DNA of 64,000 bases from an uncultured Thermoleophilaceae bacterium (GCA_964455545.1 CAYVWQ010000005.1:24005-88004), one strand, 5' to 3'. Shown: positions 44,948-55,105, numbered from the stretch's first letter. Notes: generated by a model from the sequence alone, not told the origin. A program made the numbers and translations.

Positions 44948-47900
44948 TCAGCGCTTGAAGTAGCCCTTGCCCTGAATCACGTCGTTGATCCACGCGCGAA
45001 GCTTCACTTTCTTCTTCCGCTTGACCGCGGCGCGGATCTGTTTGTAGACCGACTTCTTCAGCTTGAACGTGACGGTCTTCTTGCTGCTGGAGCCCTTCAG
45101 CGTGACGCCCTTGGGCCAGTAGTTGACGCCGCTTCCGGTGATGCCGATCGTCACCAGGCAGGTCTCGGTGCAGGTCGTCTTGAACTTCAGCTTGGTCTTG
45201 AGCTTGGTCTTCTTGGACACCGAGAGCTTGAGCTTCTTCGGCGCGGGGGGCGTCTCGCCGCCGGTCGAAGGCGGGAGCAGCGGCGCCTGGTGGGCGATCA
45301 GCACCGTCAAGCTGCCGGTGTTACCGGCGCCGTCAGTGCATGTGATCATGAAGCTGTTGACGCCGACGGCGAGGCTGACCGGCTGTCCGCTCGGGCGGTT
45401 ACAGGTGATTTTGCCGTTGGCCATGTGCGCATCGGTCTCGCTGACGTCGTCGACGACGCTGTAGGTCAGCGGCACAGAGTTCGCGTCGATGCTGGCGCCG
45501 TTGAGGCTCGTGGAGATGACCGGCGGAGTCGTGTCGGTCACGCCCTCCCAGTTGACGAGCGCGGCCGCGTTCGCACCGGTGGCGCCGTCAGCCGACGGAT
45601 TGCTCGTGCGCATGATGCGGATCGAGCTGATGTGATCCTCCCAGCGCGGAGCGAAGCGCTGATAGGTGCCGTTCGGCACCCGGATGCAGTCACTGAAGTC
45701 GTCGCCGCGGCAGAGGTCGGCCATGAAGCCCGTGTCGACCTTGATCGAGCTCAGCTGGTTGTCGCCGATGTCGGTGAGGTTGCCCTTCGAGGCGCGGTAG
45801 GAGCCGAGACCGAAGTCCTGGCTTGAACCGTTCTCGGCCGGGTTCGGGTCGGAGAGGTCGCGCTCCTGGAAGCCGCGCGCCGTGCGCAACTTGTTCTGCA
45901 GCGAGAGGCTTGCGCCGATCTGGACGGCCTTCGCGACGGACGGCGTGCCGTTCTGGTCCAGCAGGAACAGCCAGTAGTAGCCCGGCGGTGCCTCGTAGGG
46001 GTTTGCCGGCGTGTGGATCTTCGCGGAGGTGGCGCTGTTGATCGTCAGGTCGACCGGCACGAAACGCTGGGACTGGTCAAAGCCGTGCGTCGGCGCGCCC
46101 TGCTTGATCAGCACGGCCTTGCTCAGCGGCACCCCTCCCGACGCCTGCGTGTAGCTGATCGAGAGATCCTTGTCGTACTCGGTCGCAGGCAGGAACTGTC
46201 CTGCGTTGACGCCGCTCCCGTCGGTGTGGAGCGGGCCGGTGATCTGCGGACGCTGGGCGAGAGACTTGCGACTTCCGTCTGAATTGAAGAGGTACGGCGG
46301 CGAGTAGAACTCGAAGTTCGCCTGTGAGTATCCGGCCGTGGTGCAGGTGCTGCAGACGCCACCGCCGCCCGACATCACGCGTCCGTCGGCCAGCAGGATC
46401 GCCGTCGAGTGGTACTGGCGCGGGCGGTGCAGGTTCGCCATCACCTTCCACGTGTTGGTGTCCGGGTCCCACTGCTCGGCTGCGAAAACTGCGCGCTTGT
46501 AATTGACGAGCGTCTGGTTGATGTTCGCGTCGTTGCCGTCCATCGCTTCGCCGTCAGGTGTGTCGCCGGCGATCGCGGGCGTGATCTGCTCCGGGTTGAT
46601 CGCGTCGTCGTTGGCGTTCGTGGTCGACATGCCGCCGGATGAAAGGAGCTTGCCGGTCGGGAGGATCGTCAGGTTGGCCATGCGACGCGGGTAGTTCATC
46701 GAGGCGGCCTGCGTCGAGGTAGGCCAGCCCGGGTAGCGCGTGACCAGCACGTTGTTGTTGTACGGGTCCTCATCGCCGGTGGTAGCGCGCGCCGTGATCA
46801 GGGCGGCCTGCTTCGAGGAGCCGTTGTGCAGGTGGTTGTTGTTGCCGCCGGTGTCCTGGGCGGCCGCGTTGTTGCCGACACACCAGTCGATGTTCCAGAC
46901 CTCCGTGAGGTCGGCCGATCCCGTCCAGTTGCCGTTGCCGTCGTACTTGTAGGGGTTGCCGCCGGCGAATCCCTTGCAGACCCAGTTGGCGTCCGGTCCG
47001 GTCAGGTGCTGGTCGCCGCCGGCGTAGGGATTGGCCCCCGGGTCGGTGACGTCTCCGGCCGGGCAGGCGGCGGTCGCCGCGATGTTCGTTCCCGGCCACC
47101 CGGGCCCGCGGTTGCCGGCCGGAACCGTGAAGCAGTAGATCTTGTCGACGTCGCCGCCGGTGACGAGCACCTTGCCCGGCGCGTAGTAGGCGCCGGTGCC
47201 GTAGGTGCGCGTGATCGGATTGGCGCCGTCTGCACGCTTGGTCACGTAGCGGTCGCCGCCGTCATCCGACTCTGTCGTGTCGTTTTCCGGCTGATACGAG
47301 GCGTCGTCGCCGCCGGCCTGGTGCTTGCGCGAGTCGACCGTGAGCACGTTCTCCTCACGGCCGGCGTAGAGCAGGCGCCCGTCGACCCACGGGAAGATGA
47401 ACGGGTAGAGGCGCCAGGCGGGCACGCTCGGAAGGTTCTGGTTGTAGTACGGATTTTCGAGCGCGCCGAGCTTGCGGATCTTGTCGGTCGGGTTGTTCTC
47501 GTCCCAGGTCTGCGTGGTCGTCGGGTTGAGGCTGCCGTCGAGCGCGCCCGACTCGTAGTTCGAGGTGAACACCTCGGGAACGCCGTCGCCGGGCTGGCTC
47601 AGGTCGATGTTGCCGGCCTCGTCCTGCGGGTCACCGCCGACGATCATCGCCTCGCCGTTCCAGGTGGTGGCGACCGACGGGTACCAGCGCACGCGCGACA
47701 TGTCCTGGCTCTGGTCCCATGTGCCGGTACGCCAGTGGTAGACGAAAGTCGTCTTCAGACCGGCGAGCGCGACGTTCGCGTTGCCTCCGGCGAGCAGCAG
47801 GTCGCCGTTGGGCAGCTGCTGGAAGCCGGCGCAGAAGAGGTTGGCGCCGGGGACGTCCTTGCGGATGCCCTTGTAGCCGGGCTCTTCGGCGCGGGCCGGA

Positions 47901-48778
47901 TCCCACAGCAGCACGCGCGTGCCCTTCTTGTGGTCGACCTCCTGGTCGGGGTCGGTCATGTTGCCGCTGAAGTACCAGTCCCAGTAGATGACCTGACCGT
48001 TCGGCAGCATCGCCTCGAAGATCGGGATGATCCGCGGGTTCGGCGACCAGTAGCGCGAGTTGCCGGTCGGCGTGTTCGGATCGGCGGGATCCGAGTCGTA
48101 GTCGGCGCTCGTGTCGACGATCGGGTCGCCGGGGAACTGGATGTTCGGCGTGTCCTTGTACTGCGGGTTCGGGAATCCGTTCGGACCCGTCACGCCGGTC
48201 GGTGAGGGTCCGGCGACATATGAGTTGTAGGTGTCGTACTGCGGCGTGACCGGGTCGCTCCACTCGCCGTACTCGGCGGGGTTGCCGTTGTTGTTCACCG
48301 CAAAGGTCGACGCCGAACCCCGCGAGAGTGTCGCCTTGGCGAGCTGCTCCGAGTCTGGTGCCGTGATTTCGCCGCCGTCGCGGGCGACCGGCATGTCGCC
48401 GGTGGCCGACGCATAGCCGCCGGAACCGTCGAGCGAGTTCATCGGCATGCCGAGCGACTGCATCAGCACGCGCTCGCGGATCTCCTGATCCGAGAGCAGC
48501 ACAAGTCCGTTGTCCTCGGCGTACTTCTTCCAGCGCTTCTGAGCTGCCTTCTTGGCCTTGGCGGTCGCCACGGCGCTCTTGCGCGCGGCGTCGTACGAGG
48601 AGGTGAGTCCGTCGGCCTCGGCGTGGGCTTCGCTTCCGGCCGCCAGCTCGGCGTCGGAAACGCCCTCCTCATGCGCGGAAGCGACGACCGCGAACGCGGC
48701 GACACAGGCAAGCGCGAGCATCGTGGCTGCGGCCACTGCCAGCGCTTCGCGGATGCGACTTGTTGCGAAAAATTTCAT
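44948..48778 (-). CDS. large secreted galactose-oxidase/glyoxal-oxidase-like protein (Kelch propeller + DUF1929) with extra C-terminal domains
   Basis: 1276 aa. Signal peptide. PRQYHSTAILLADGRVMSGGGG and FEFYSPPYLF...GYYWLFLLDQNGTPSVA (DUF1929-like). Then a beta/gamma-crystallin-like segment (NQLSSIKV...DHISSIRI), a HYR-like segment (TCTDGAGN) and a Lys-rich tail. Confidence 0.8.
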   Translation of the reverse strand: MKFFATSRIREALAVAAATMLALACVAAFAVVASAHEEGVSDAELAAGSEAHAEADGLTSSYDAARKSAVATAKAKKAAQKRWKKYAEDNGLVLLSDQEIRERVLMQSLGMPMNSLDGSGGYASATGDMPVARDGGEITAPDSEQLAKATLSRGSASTFAVNNNGNPAEYGEWSDPVTPQYDTYNSYVAGPSPTGVTGPNGFPNPQYKDTPNIQFPGDPIVDTSADYDSDPADPNTPTGNSRYWSPNPRIIPIFEAMLPNGQVIYWDWYFSGNMTDPDQEVDHKKGTRVLLWDPARAEEPGYKGIRKDVPGANLFCAGFQQLPNGDLLLAGGNANVALAGLKTTFVYHWRTGTWDQSQDMSRVRWYPSVATTWNGEAMIVGGDPQDEAGNIDLSQPGDGVPEVFTSNYESGALDGSLNPTTTQTWDENNPTDKIRKLGALENPYYNQNLPSVPAWRLYPFIFPWVDGRLLYAGREENVLTVDSRKHQAGGDDASYQPENDTTESDDGGDRYVTKRADGANPITRTYGTGAYYAPGKVLVTGGDVDKIYCFTVPAGNRGPGWPGTNIAATAACPAGDVTDPGANPYAGGDQHLTGPDANWVCKGFAGGNPYKYDGNGNWTGSADLTEVWNIDWCVGNNAAAQDTGGNNNHLHNGSSKQAALITARATTGDEDPYNNNVLVTRYPGWPTSTQAASMNYPRRMANLTILPTGKLLSSGGMSTTNANDDAINPEQITPAIAGDTPDGEAMDGNDANINQTLVNYKRAVFAAEQWDPDTNTWKVMANLHRPRQYHSTAILLADGRVMSGGGGVCSTCTTAGYSQANFEFYSPPYLFNSDGSRKSLAQRPQITGPLHTDGSGVNAGQFLPATEYDKDLSISYTQASGGVPLSKAVLIKQGAPTHGFDQSQRFVPVDLTINSATSAKIHTPANPYEAPPGYYWLFLLDQNGTPSVAKAVQIGASLSLQNKLRTARGFQERDLSDPNPAENGSSQDFGLGSYRASKGNLTDIGDNQLSSIKVDTGFMADLCRGDDFSDCIRVPNGTYQRFAPRWEDHISSIRIMRTSNPSADGATGANAAALVNWEGVTDTTPPVISTSLNGASIDANSVPLTYSVVDDVSETDAHMANGKITCNRPSGQPVSLAVGVNSFMITCTDGAGNTGSLTVLIAHQAPLLPPSTGGETPPAPKKLKLSVSKKTKLKTKLKFKTTCTETCLVTIGITGSGVNYWPKGVTLKGSSSKKTVTFKLKKSVYKQIRAAVKRKKKVKLRAWINDVIQGKGYFKR

Positions 48779-48946
48779 ATGACTGGGGGCGATATCGCTG
48801 CCGAAAGCGAGATCAGCTTGCGCCGGACGAATCCGTGTCGACGCGCAAACATCACTGTAGTTGCGGAAAACCCTGATTGCAACCAGTTGATGCGGTTTGT
48901 GCAGCCACCGGACCGCAGTTGCCCGCCAACCGTTAGCTTGCCGTCA

Positions 48947-49555
48947 ATGACGGCGACGGCGAAGTTCTTCGAGCACGAGCTTGGAAGCAGTTGGATTCAG
49001 CGCGAACCGATGCAGCGTGCTTCCCACGCGCTCGTCGACGGCGCACAAGTCTGGCTCGTCGATCCGGTCGACAGCGACGGCGACGTGGAGCGGGCGATCG
49101 GCGGCCGCGAACTGGCCGGCGTGATCCAGCTGCTCGACCGGCACAACCGCGACTGCGTGGCGCTCGCAGAGCAGCATGAGGTCCCGCTGTTCCGGCTCCC
49201 GAAAGAACTCCCGGACGCGCCGTTCACGCCCTTCGGCGTCCTCGACCGCCCGAAGTGGCGCGAGGTCGGCCTGTGGTGGCCAGAACGCAGCGGGCTGGTC
49301 GTGAGCGAGTCGCTGATGACGGTTCCCGAACTTGCCGTCGCCGGAACCGGCGTCGGCATTCACCCGTTGCTGCGTCTGACACCGCCGCGTGCGTTCAGGC
49401 GTTTCCCGGTGGCTGGCCACCTGCTCCCCGGACACGGCGAACCGCTGCACCGCGACGACGTCGGCACCAGAATCGAGCAGGCGCTCGACAAATCGCGCCG
49501 TGACCTTCCCCGACTGATCCTCAAGACCCCGACGATTCTCAAGGAGCTCAGATGA
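48947..49555 (+). CDS. hypothetical protein (possibly degenerate MBL-fold)
   Basis: 202 aa from the ATG at 48947. Stop overlaps the next gene's start (ATGA). LLDRHNRD and LLPGHG are reminiscent of MBL motifs. Confidence 0.55.
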   Translation: MTATAKFFEHELGSSWIQREPMQRASHALVDGAQVWLVDPVDSDGDVERAIGGRELAGVIQLLDRHNRDCVALAEQHEVPLFRLPKELPDAPFTPFGVLDRPKWREVGLWWPERSGLVVSESLMTVPELAVAGTGVGIHPLLRLTPPRAFRRFPVAGHLLPGHGEPLHRDDVGTRIEQALDKSRRDLPRLILKTPTILKELR

Positions 49556-50910
49556 GCGAACGTGAACACTTTGACTCGATCGTGATCGGCGCCGGCCCGG
49601 CCGGCGAGGTCGTCGCCGGCGAACTTGCTGCGGGCGGCCAGAAGGTCGCGGTGGTCGAGAAGGAACGGGTGGCGGGCGAGTGCTCGTTCTGGGCCTGTAT
49701 GCCGTCGAAGACCCTGCTGCGACCGTCCGAGGTGCTGATGAGCGCCACCCGCGTCCCCGGTGCGGCCGAGGCCGTAGGCGGAAAGGTTGACGTGAAGGCG
49801 GCTCTGGCGTGGCGCGACCGCATGGTCAGCAACTGGGACGACTCCGGTTACGTGACCTGGCTGACAGACCGCGGCATCGAGCTGGTCCGCGGCGCCGGAC
49901 GGCTCGTCGGCGACGGCGGCGTGGACGTCGAGGACCGACGCCTCGCGGCAGACAACATCGTGATCGCGACCGGCTCGGTGCCGGTCGTCCCGCCGATCGA
50001 AGGACTCGCAGAAGCGCGCTTCTGGACCAACCGCGAAGTCACGGGCGCCAAAGAGATCCCCGAACGACTGTTGATCCTTGGCGGCGGAGTGGTCGGCGTC
50101 GAGATGGCGCAGGCCTACGCGCGGTTCGGCTGCTCGGTCGCGCTGATCGAAGCCGCCGAGAACATCCTCCCCGGCGAGGATCCGCGGGTCGGAGACTCGA
50201 TCGCCGCATCGCTGAAAGACGACGGCGTCGCTATTCACACCGGCGTCACGGCGACGCGGGTGCACGGCGGCGAGCACGAACAGCGCGTCGAGCTCAGCGA
50301 CGGAACCGAGCTGCGCGGCAACGAGTTGCTCGTGGCGACCGGACGCCGGCCGGCCACCGACGGCCTCGGCCTCGAATCGCTACCGGTCAAGCTCGAGCGC
50401 GGCGCGATCGAGGTCGACAAACGACTGCGGGCGGCAGACGGGATCTACGCGATCGGCGACGCAAACGGCATTCATCTCACCACGCACACGGGTAAGTACC
50501 AGGCGCGGGTGGCGGCCGCCGAGATCCTCGGACACGGAACCGACGCCGACTACTCGGCGATCCCGCGCGTCGTCTACACCGACCCGAATGCCTTCGGCGT
50601 CGGTCAGACCGGCGGCGCCGTCACCGGAACCGCAGGCGTCGCCGAGACCGCGGCCTCTTCGATCGTGCGCGTCGACTGGCGCAACGCACACGACGAGTTC
50701 CTCACGCTCGTCGGCGACGACAACGGACGGATCATCGGCGCCTTCGCCGTCGGCCCCCACGCGGCGGACTGGATGGGACAGGCGATCCTCGCGGTCAAGG
50801 CGAAGCTGGACGCGGCGACACTCGCCGCCACGATCCAGCCGTTTCCGTCGATGTCAGAGATCTTCACGCTCGCGGCGCGCGACCTGCTCGGCAACCTCGG
50901 TCAGAAGTAG
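49552..50910 (+). CDS. class I pyridine nucleotide-disulfide oxidoreductase (FAD-dependent; dihydrolipoyl-dehydrogenase/mercuric-reductase-like)
   Basis: 452 aa. IVIGAGPAGEV, redox CxxxxC GECSFWACMPSK, second Rossmann LILGGGVVGVE, and AIGDANG. Confidence 0.85.
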   Translation: MSEREHFDSIVIGAGPAGEVVAGELAAGGQKVAVVEKERVAGECSFWACMPSKTLLRPSEVLMSATRVPGAAEAVGGKVDVKAALAWRDRMVSNWDDSGYVTWLTDRGIELVRGAGRLVGDGGVDVEDRRLAADNIVIATGSVPVVPPIEGLAEARFWTNREVTGAKEIPERLLILGGGVVGVEMAQAYARFGCSVALIEAAENILPGEDPRVGDSIAASLKDDGVAIHTGVTATRVHGGEHEQRVELSDGTELRGNELLVATGRRPATDGLGLESLPVKLERGAIEVDKRLRAADGIYAIGDANGIHLTTHTGKYQARVAAAEILGHGTDADYSAIPRVVYTDPNAFGVGQTGGAVTGTAGVAETAASSIVRVDWRNAHDEFLTLVGDDNGRIIGAFAVGPHAADWMGQAILAVKAKLDAATLAATIQPFPSMSEIFTLAARDLLGNLGQK

Positions 50911-52811
50911 CCGTCGAAATCCCAGTCGGCGACCGTCGTGCGCTGGGTGTTCGGGTCGTAGTAGGTGAGCGAGAGCTGCTCGAGGCTGAAGTCGTCCGCG
51001 ACCGGCTTGAAGCCGCCGCCGAGCATCGCCATGTTGACGAGGCCGACGAGGTCGCTCGTGAACGGCGGTGGCGGCGTTGGCCCGCAGTCCTTGGCCTCGA
51101 ACGTCTGGCCCGCCAGTTCGACGTCGTACATCACCGCGTGCTCCCAGGCGCCGCCGGGAGCGCGGCGCAGTTCGATGTCGCCATCCGCGATCGCACCGCC
51201 CGATCCGCTCGCCTCATAGCGGCAGCCGCCCGGCGCCCCGATCACGTTCTTCACCTCGTGCTGGGTGACGTCCTTGAGCTTGTACCAGGCGTCGACGTAG
51301 CCGCCGGGACCGACGTTGACCGACTCGAGCTCGTACTCGGCCCACGCGTCGAAGTAGTCACTGGAGCCGGGGCCGGTCCCGGTCGCGCTGATGATCCCGG
51401 TGAAACGCTTGGGGACCTTGACGGGGTCGGCCTTCGCGTACCAGCCGCTCTCGGCGCGGCCGGCCGTGGACGTCGCGATCACGGAGCTGGCGGCCGTTGC
51501 GTCGTCACTGTCGCGCTTGTCCGCTCCGCGCGCCGAAAACGTCGCCGGCGCACCGGGATCTGACTGCGCCTTGTTCGCCGTGAACGAACCGAGCTCGACC
51601 GACTGAACGGCGAATTCGCCGCGCGCGACGCCGCCGGCGGTCGACACCACCGACCCTTCGACAGCTGCGCTGGCGCCCTCGGCGAGCCTGGCGATCGGAT
51701 CCGGGCTCCAGGTGATCCGAGCGCAGCCGTTGGGAATCGAGTACCAGCGGTACTCGTCGCCCTTCATGCGCCAGCGTGCGAGCTCGGCGGTCGCCGCCAC
51801 CCCTCCGGTCAGCTCGCCGTCCGCCGCAGCGCTCGCCGCGAGCTTGCGGGCTTCGGCGGCCTCGGCAACCGATGACATCCCCGCGACTTTCAAGCTGACG
51901 TCGCCTTTCGGCCCGGCGGTCGCGACGGGATCGCCATCCCTGGAGATCGTGTACGAGCCGGTGAGCGTACGGACGATCTGAGTGCCGCGGGCGTAGATCT
52001 CGTGCTTGGTCGTGGCCGTTGCCTCAACGTCGTGCAGGCGCGCGTCACGGCCGACGTGGCCTTCGGCCTTCAGGCTCTGGCTGGACTTGATCGTGTAGGC
52101 ACCGACCTGCTTGCCCTTGCGGAAAAAGCTCGTGGTGCCGCCGACCAGCGACTTGTACTCGATGAAGAGCCTGCCGTCCGCAGTCGGACACTCGACCTGC
52201 GGCACGATGCCGATGTCATTGATCGAGGTCGGCTGATAGCGCACGCTGTCGGACCCTTTCGAGACCTCCATCGTCACCTGCGCACTCGTCTGGCCGTCGT
52301 CGAACGCCTGCGCATCGACCTTGGCAGAGACCTTGACGCCTCCGGCGAGCGTGACCGACCCCGCATCCATGGTGATCGTGTCAACCACTACGCGACCGGC
52401 TGCGCCGCTCGCGCTGACGAGCGCCAACGGAGCCCGCCGCGCTCGCAGCGTCTTCGGTGAGGTGAGCTTCGACGTCGCCTCGGCCAGCAGTTCGTCGGCG
52501 AGTTTTGCGACCCGCGGGGTGGCGCGCCGGATCGCACGCGACTTCCCGAGCCGAGCCGCCTGCCTCTTTGCGTCCCGACCCGAGAACCACTCTTTCAGCT
52601 CTGCAGAGGCAGTCAGCTTCCCGCGCTTCATCCGCGGCCGCGCCGGGCGCAGGCAGACCGGCTTGCGGTTGGCCTTCCACGTGACCTTGCCGCGCTTGCA
52701 GGTAGCCGCGCCGCTGACCGTGGGGGCGACCAGCAGCGCCGCGACAGCGGCGAGCAGCACGACGAGCGACATCGCGGCAACTCTGAGTGAACGTGAGGGG
52801 TAAAACGACAT
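50901..52811 (-). CDS. secreted hypothetical protein
   Basis: 636 aa from the ATG at 52811. Signal peptide MSFYPSRSLRVAAMSLVVLLAAVAALLVAPTVSGA. No recognisable domain. Confidence 0.65.
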   Translation of the reverse strand: MSFYPSRSLRVAAMSLVVLLAAVAALLVAPTVSGAATCKRGKVTWKANRKPVCLRPARPRMKRGKLTASAELKEWFSGRDAKRQAARLGKSRAIRRATPRVAKLADELLAEATSKLTSPKTLRARRAPLALVSASGAAGRVVVDTITMDAGSVTLAGGVKVSAKVDAQAFDDGQTSAQVTMEVSKGSDSVRYQPTSINDIGIVPQVECPTADGRLFIEYKSLVGGTTSFFRKGKQVGAYTIKSSQSLKAEGHVGRDARLHDVEATATTKHEIYARGTQIVRTLTGSYTISRDGDPVATAGPKGDVSLKVAGMSSVAEAAEARKLAASAAADGELTGGVAATAELARWRMKGDEYRWYSIPNGCARITWSPDPIARLAEGASAAVEGSVVSTAGGVARGEFAVQSVELGSFTANKAQSDPGAPATFSARGADKRDSDDATAASSVIATSTAGRAESGWYAKADPVKVPKRFTGIISATGTGPGSSDYFDAWAEYELESVNVGPGGYVDAWYKLKDVTQHEVKNVIGAPGGCRYEASGSGGAIADGDIELRRAPGGAWEHAVMYDVELAGQTFEAKDCGPTPPPPFTSDLVGLVNMAMLGGGFKPVADDFSLEQLSLTYYDPNTQRTTVADWDFDGYF

Positions 52812-52947
52812 GGCGGAAACTCCTGTGTGCGAACGGTGGGATGGGATGCACACGTATCCTGCGCCGCCGGGCAGGGCGATTCGTAGGGGTCAACCCCTAA
52901 ATCGACCCCCCAAATCCGAATCGATGCCGCCCTAACGGCGGCGAGCC

Positions 52948-54273
52948 TCAGCTGCCGTCGACAGAGGAGACGTAGGCCGAGACGGCCTGGATCTCCTCGG
53001 GCGAGAGCGTGCCCTTGAACGGAGGCATACCGCCGCCGCCGTTCTCGACCTGCTTCTCGACGGTCGCCTGGTCGGCCTTGAGCGAATCGAGATTCGGGCC
53101 GACGTTGCCGCTCGTACCGGCTGCAGCCAACGTGTGGCAGCCGCCGCAGTTCTGGGTGAAGATCGTCTTGCCGTCGGCCGCGCCCGAGGGGACGCCGCCG
53201 CCGCTCGCGGCGCTCTCAGACTTCGCGGCGCTCTTGCCCTCGGTCTGCTTGGCGATCTTCGGCGCTTCGGTGCCGCCGATCGTGCCGAGTCCGCCGATCG
53301 TGAACGCCACGACCTGAGCCTTCTGGCCCTTCTTCAGGACGGCCGAGGCGGGGACGATCAGCGTGTTGTTCGATGCCGCCATCGGACCGGCTGCGCCGGC
53401 CGGGAGCTTCGACTCGAAGATCTGGTCGCCGCTGCCGGCGTTGAAGCCGTACACGTGCCCGTCGAGCGTGCTGGTGAAGACGATGTCGTTGACGACCGTC
53501 GCCGCGCCGAGCGGCACTGATGCGAGCTTCTTCGTCCAGGAGACCTTGCCGTTGCTCGAGTTGAGCGCGACGAGCTGACCGTTGTTCTTGTCGCTCGACG
53601 AGACCCTGTCGTAAAGCTCCTGCGGCGAAAGGCTCGAGAGGTCGTCGGGAACGTTCGCGACGGGGACGTAGATCGTGTCGTGGGCGGCCGCCATGTTCGC
53701 GATCACGCGGGCCTTCGAACCACTCGGGGCCTTGAGGTTGCGCGACCAGGCCTTGCTGCCCCCCTTGACGTTGAGCGCAGCGACGGTGCCGCCCTTGCCG
53801 CCGACGACGATCTGGTCGTCGTTGTCCCCGGTCGTGAGGATCGGCGAGGTGGCCGGCGAAAACTTGATCACCGATGCGGGCGAGAGGCCTCCGACGGCGC
53901 CGAGTGCGCGGTTGATCTTGAAGGTGACGCCGGGCTTGAGATCGCCCGTGCGGAAGTCGAGCGCGACGACCTTTCCGCCCGCAGTCTCAATGAAGACGCC
54001 GTCCTTGGTGATGTAGGGCGACGGCGCGCCGGCGCCGTTGCCGCCCTTGGCCTTGACGTCGGCCGTCCAACCGACGCCGATGTTCTGGGCGATGCCCGCG
54101 AAGATGCGGCCACCGACGTAGCGCGTGTTGCTCGCGTTCTGGTTCGGCTTGACCCACGTGTCCGCCGACGTCGCGTGCGAGCAGGCGCTGGCCGTGAATG
54201 CGGCCGCGGCGAGCAGCCCGGCGAGGGCGAGCGTGACGAGCAGGTTGGGACGGCGGCCGGAATCAGAGTGCAT
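52948..54273 (-). CDS. lipoprotein: PQQ-like/BamB-like beta-propeller fused to a C-terminal c-type cytochrome domain
   Basis: 441 aa. Lipobox-like LLAAAAFTASAC. Repeated G.V.A(L/F)(D/N)...G...W blades. Heme motif CGGCH with distal GGGMPPF. Confidence 0.8.
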   Translation of the reverse strand: MHSDSGRRPNLLVTLALAGLLAAAAFTASACSHATSADTWVKPNQNASNTRYVGGRIFAGIAQNIGVGWTADVKAKGGNGAGAPSPYITKDGVFIETAGGKVVALDFRTGDLKPGVTFKINRALGAVGGLSPASVIKFSPATSPILTTGDNDDQIVVGGKGGTVAALNVKGGSKAWSRNLKAPSGSKARVIANMAAAHDTIYVPVANVPDDLSSLSPQELYDRVSSSDKNNGQLVALNSSNGKVSWTKKLASVPLGAATVVNDIVFTSTLDGHVYGFNAGSGDQIFESKLPAGAAGPMAASNNTLIVPASAVLKKGQKAQVVAFTIGGLGTIGGTEAPKIAKQTEGKSAAKSESAASGGGVPSGAADGKTIFTQNCGGCHTLAAAGTSGNVGPNLDSLKADQATVEKQVENGGGGMPPFKGTLSPEEIQAVSAYVSSVDGS

Positions 54274-54360
54274 TTGGGCGTGAACCTTCGTGAGTTCGGG
54301 GGTCGAGAACGGGCTAAATCTACTCCACCGCCACGACGAGCGGGGCTCCAGGCGGGGTGA

Positions 54361-54873
54361 TCAGGCCGCGGCGAGGATGCGCACGGTCGAACCGGCCGTC
54401 GCGTCGGCGAGCGCGCGGAGGTACGCGAGCTCCTCGTCGGTGGGGATCCTGACCCCTTCGTCGCCGAAGGTGCCGGTTCCGAGCGCGCCGTAGAGGCCGA
54501 TGTCGTCGACGTTCATCGGGACGTTGACGATCGTGCGGTTGCCGAGCATCTCGACGATCTCGCGGTTGACGTTCGGGTCGGTCTGAGCGTCCTCGACGAT
54601 CTGGACGTCGCCCGACGCGACGAGCCGTTCGATGTAAGGGTCACCCGCAACCGGAACAACCTGCGCGGAATCCCAAAGATCCTCGCCGCCGGAAAGCTCG
54701 GCCGCAAGCACGCGGAAGGCGCTGCGATCCTGCGTGAGCACCGAGTACCAGGTCGAGTTGTAGCCGAGCGTGTTGCGCACCTCGACGGCGAGAAGTTCCA
54801 GCACATCAGTCAGCGTCGCGGTGGTCTCAAGCTGTGCCGCGAAGCGCTGCGCTCTCTGCTCGAGGGTGGCCAC
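54361..54873 (-). CDS. GAF-domain protein
   Basis: 170 aa. Stand-alone GAF-like fold pattern (assignment by eye, moderate). Confidence 0.65.
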   Translation of the reverse strand: MATLEQRAQRFAAQLETTATLTDVLELLAVEVRNTLGYNSTWYSVLTQDRSAFRVLAAELSGGEDLWDSAQVVPVAGDPYIERLVASGDVQIVEDAQTDPNVNREIVEMLGNRTIVNVPMNVDDIGLYGALGTGTFGDEGVRIPTDEELAYLRALADATAGSTVRILAAA

Positions 54874-54974
54874 TCAGCCACCATAAACCAACCATCGACG
54901 GCCGAGCACCAGACGCTCGCGTACACCGTTCCGCGAGCCCCATCCTTCGGTTGCGTGGTATTTTTAAAGGACGG

Positions 54975-55048
<74 letters not shown>

Positions 55049-55068
55049 TTTCTCGCTACGTCGACTCC

Positions 55069-55095
55069 CGCCCAGTGAAAGGGCGTATTTTTTTT
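55069..55095 (+). terminator. rho-independent terminator after the tRNA
   Basis: CGCCC agtgaaa GGGCG followed by TATTTTTTTT. Confidence 0.6.
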
Positions 55096-55105
55096 GTCGG
55101 CGCCA

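Noticed and set aside
43269-44963. 564-aa plus-strand ORF
   Set aside because: It is antisense to the NhaA-DsbA gene, Arg/Asp/His-rich, with no motifs. It is a shadow ORF.
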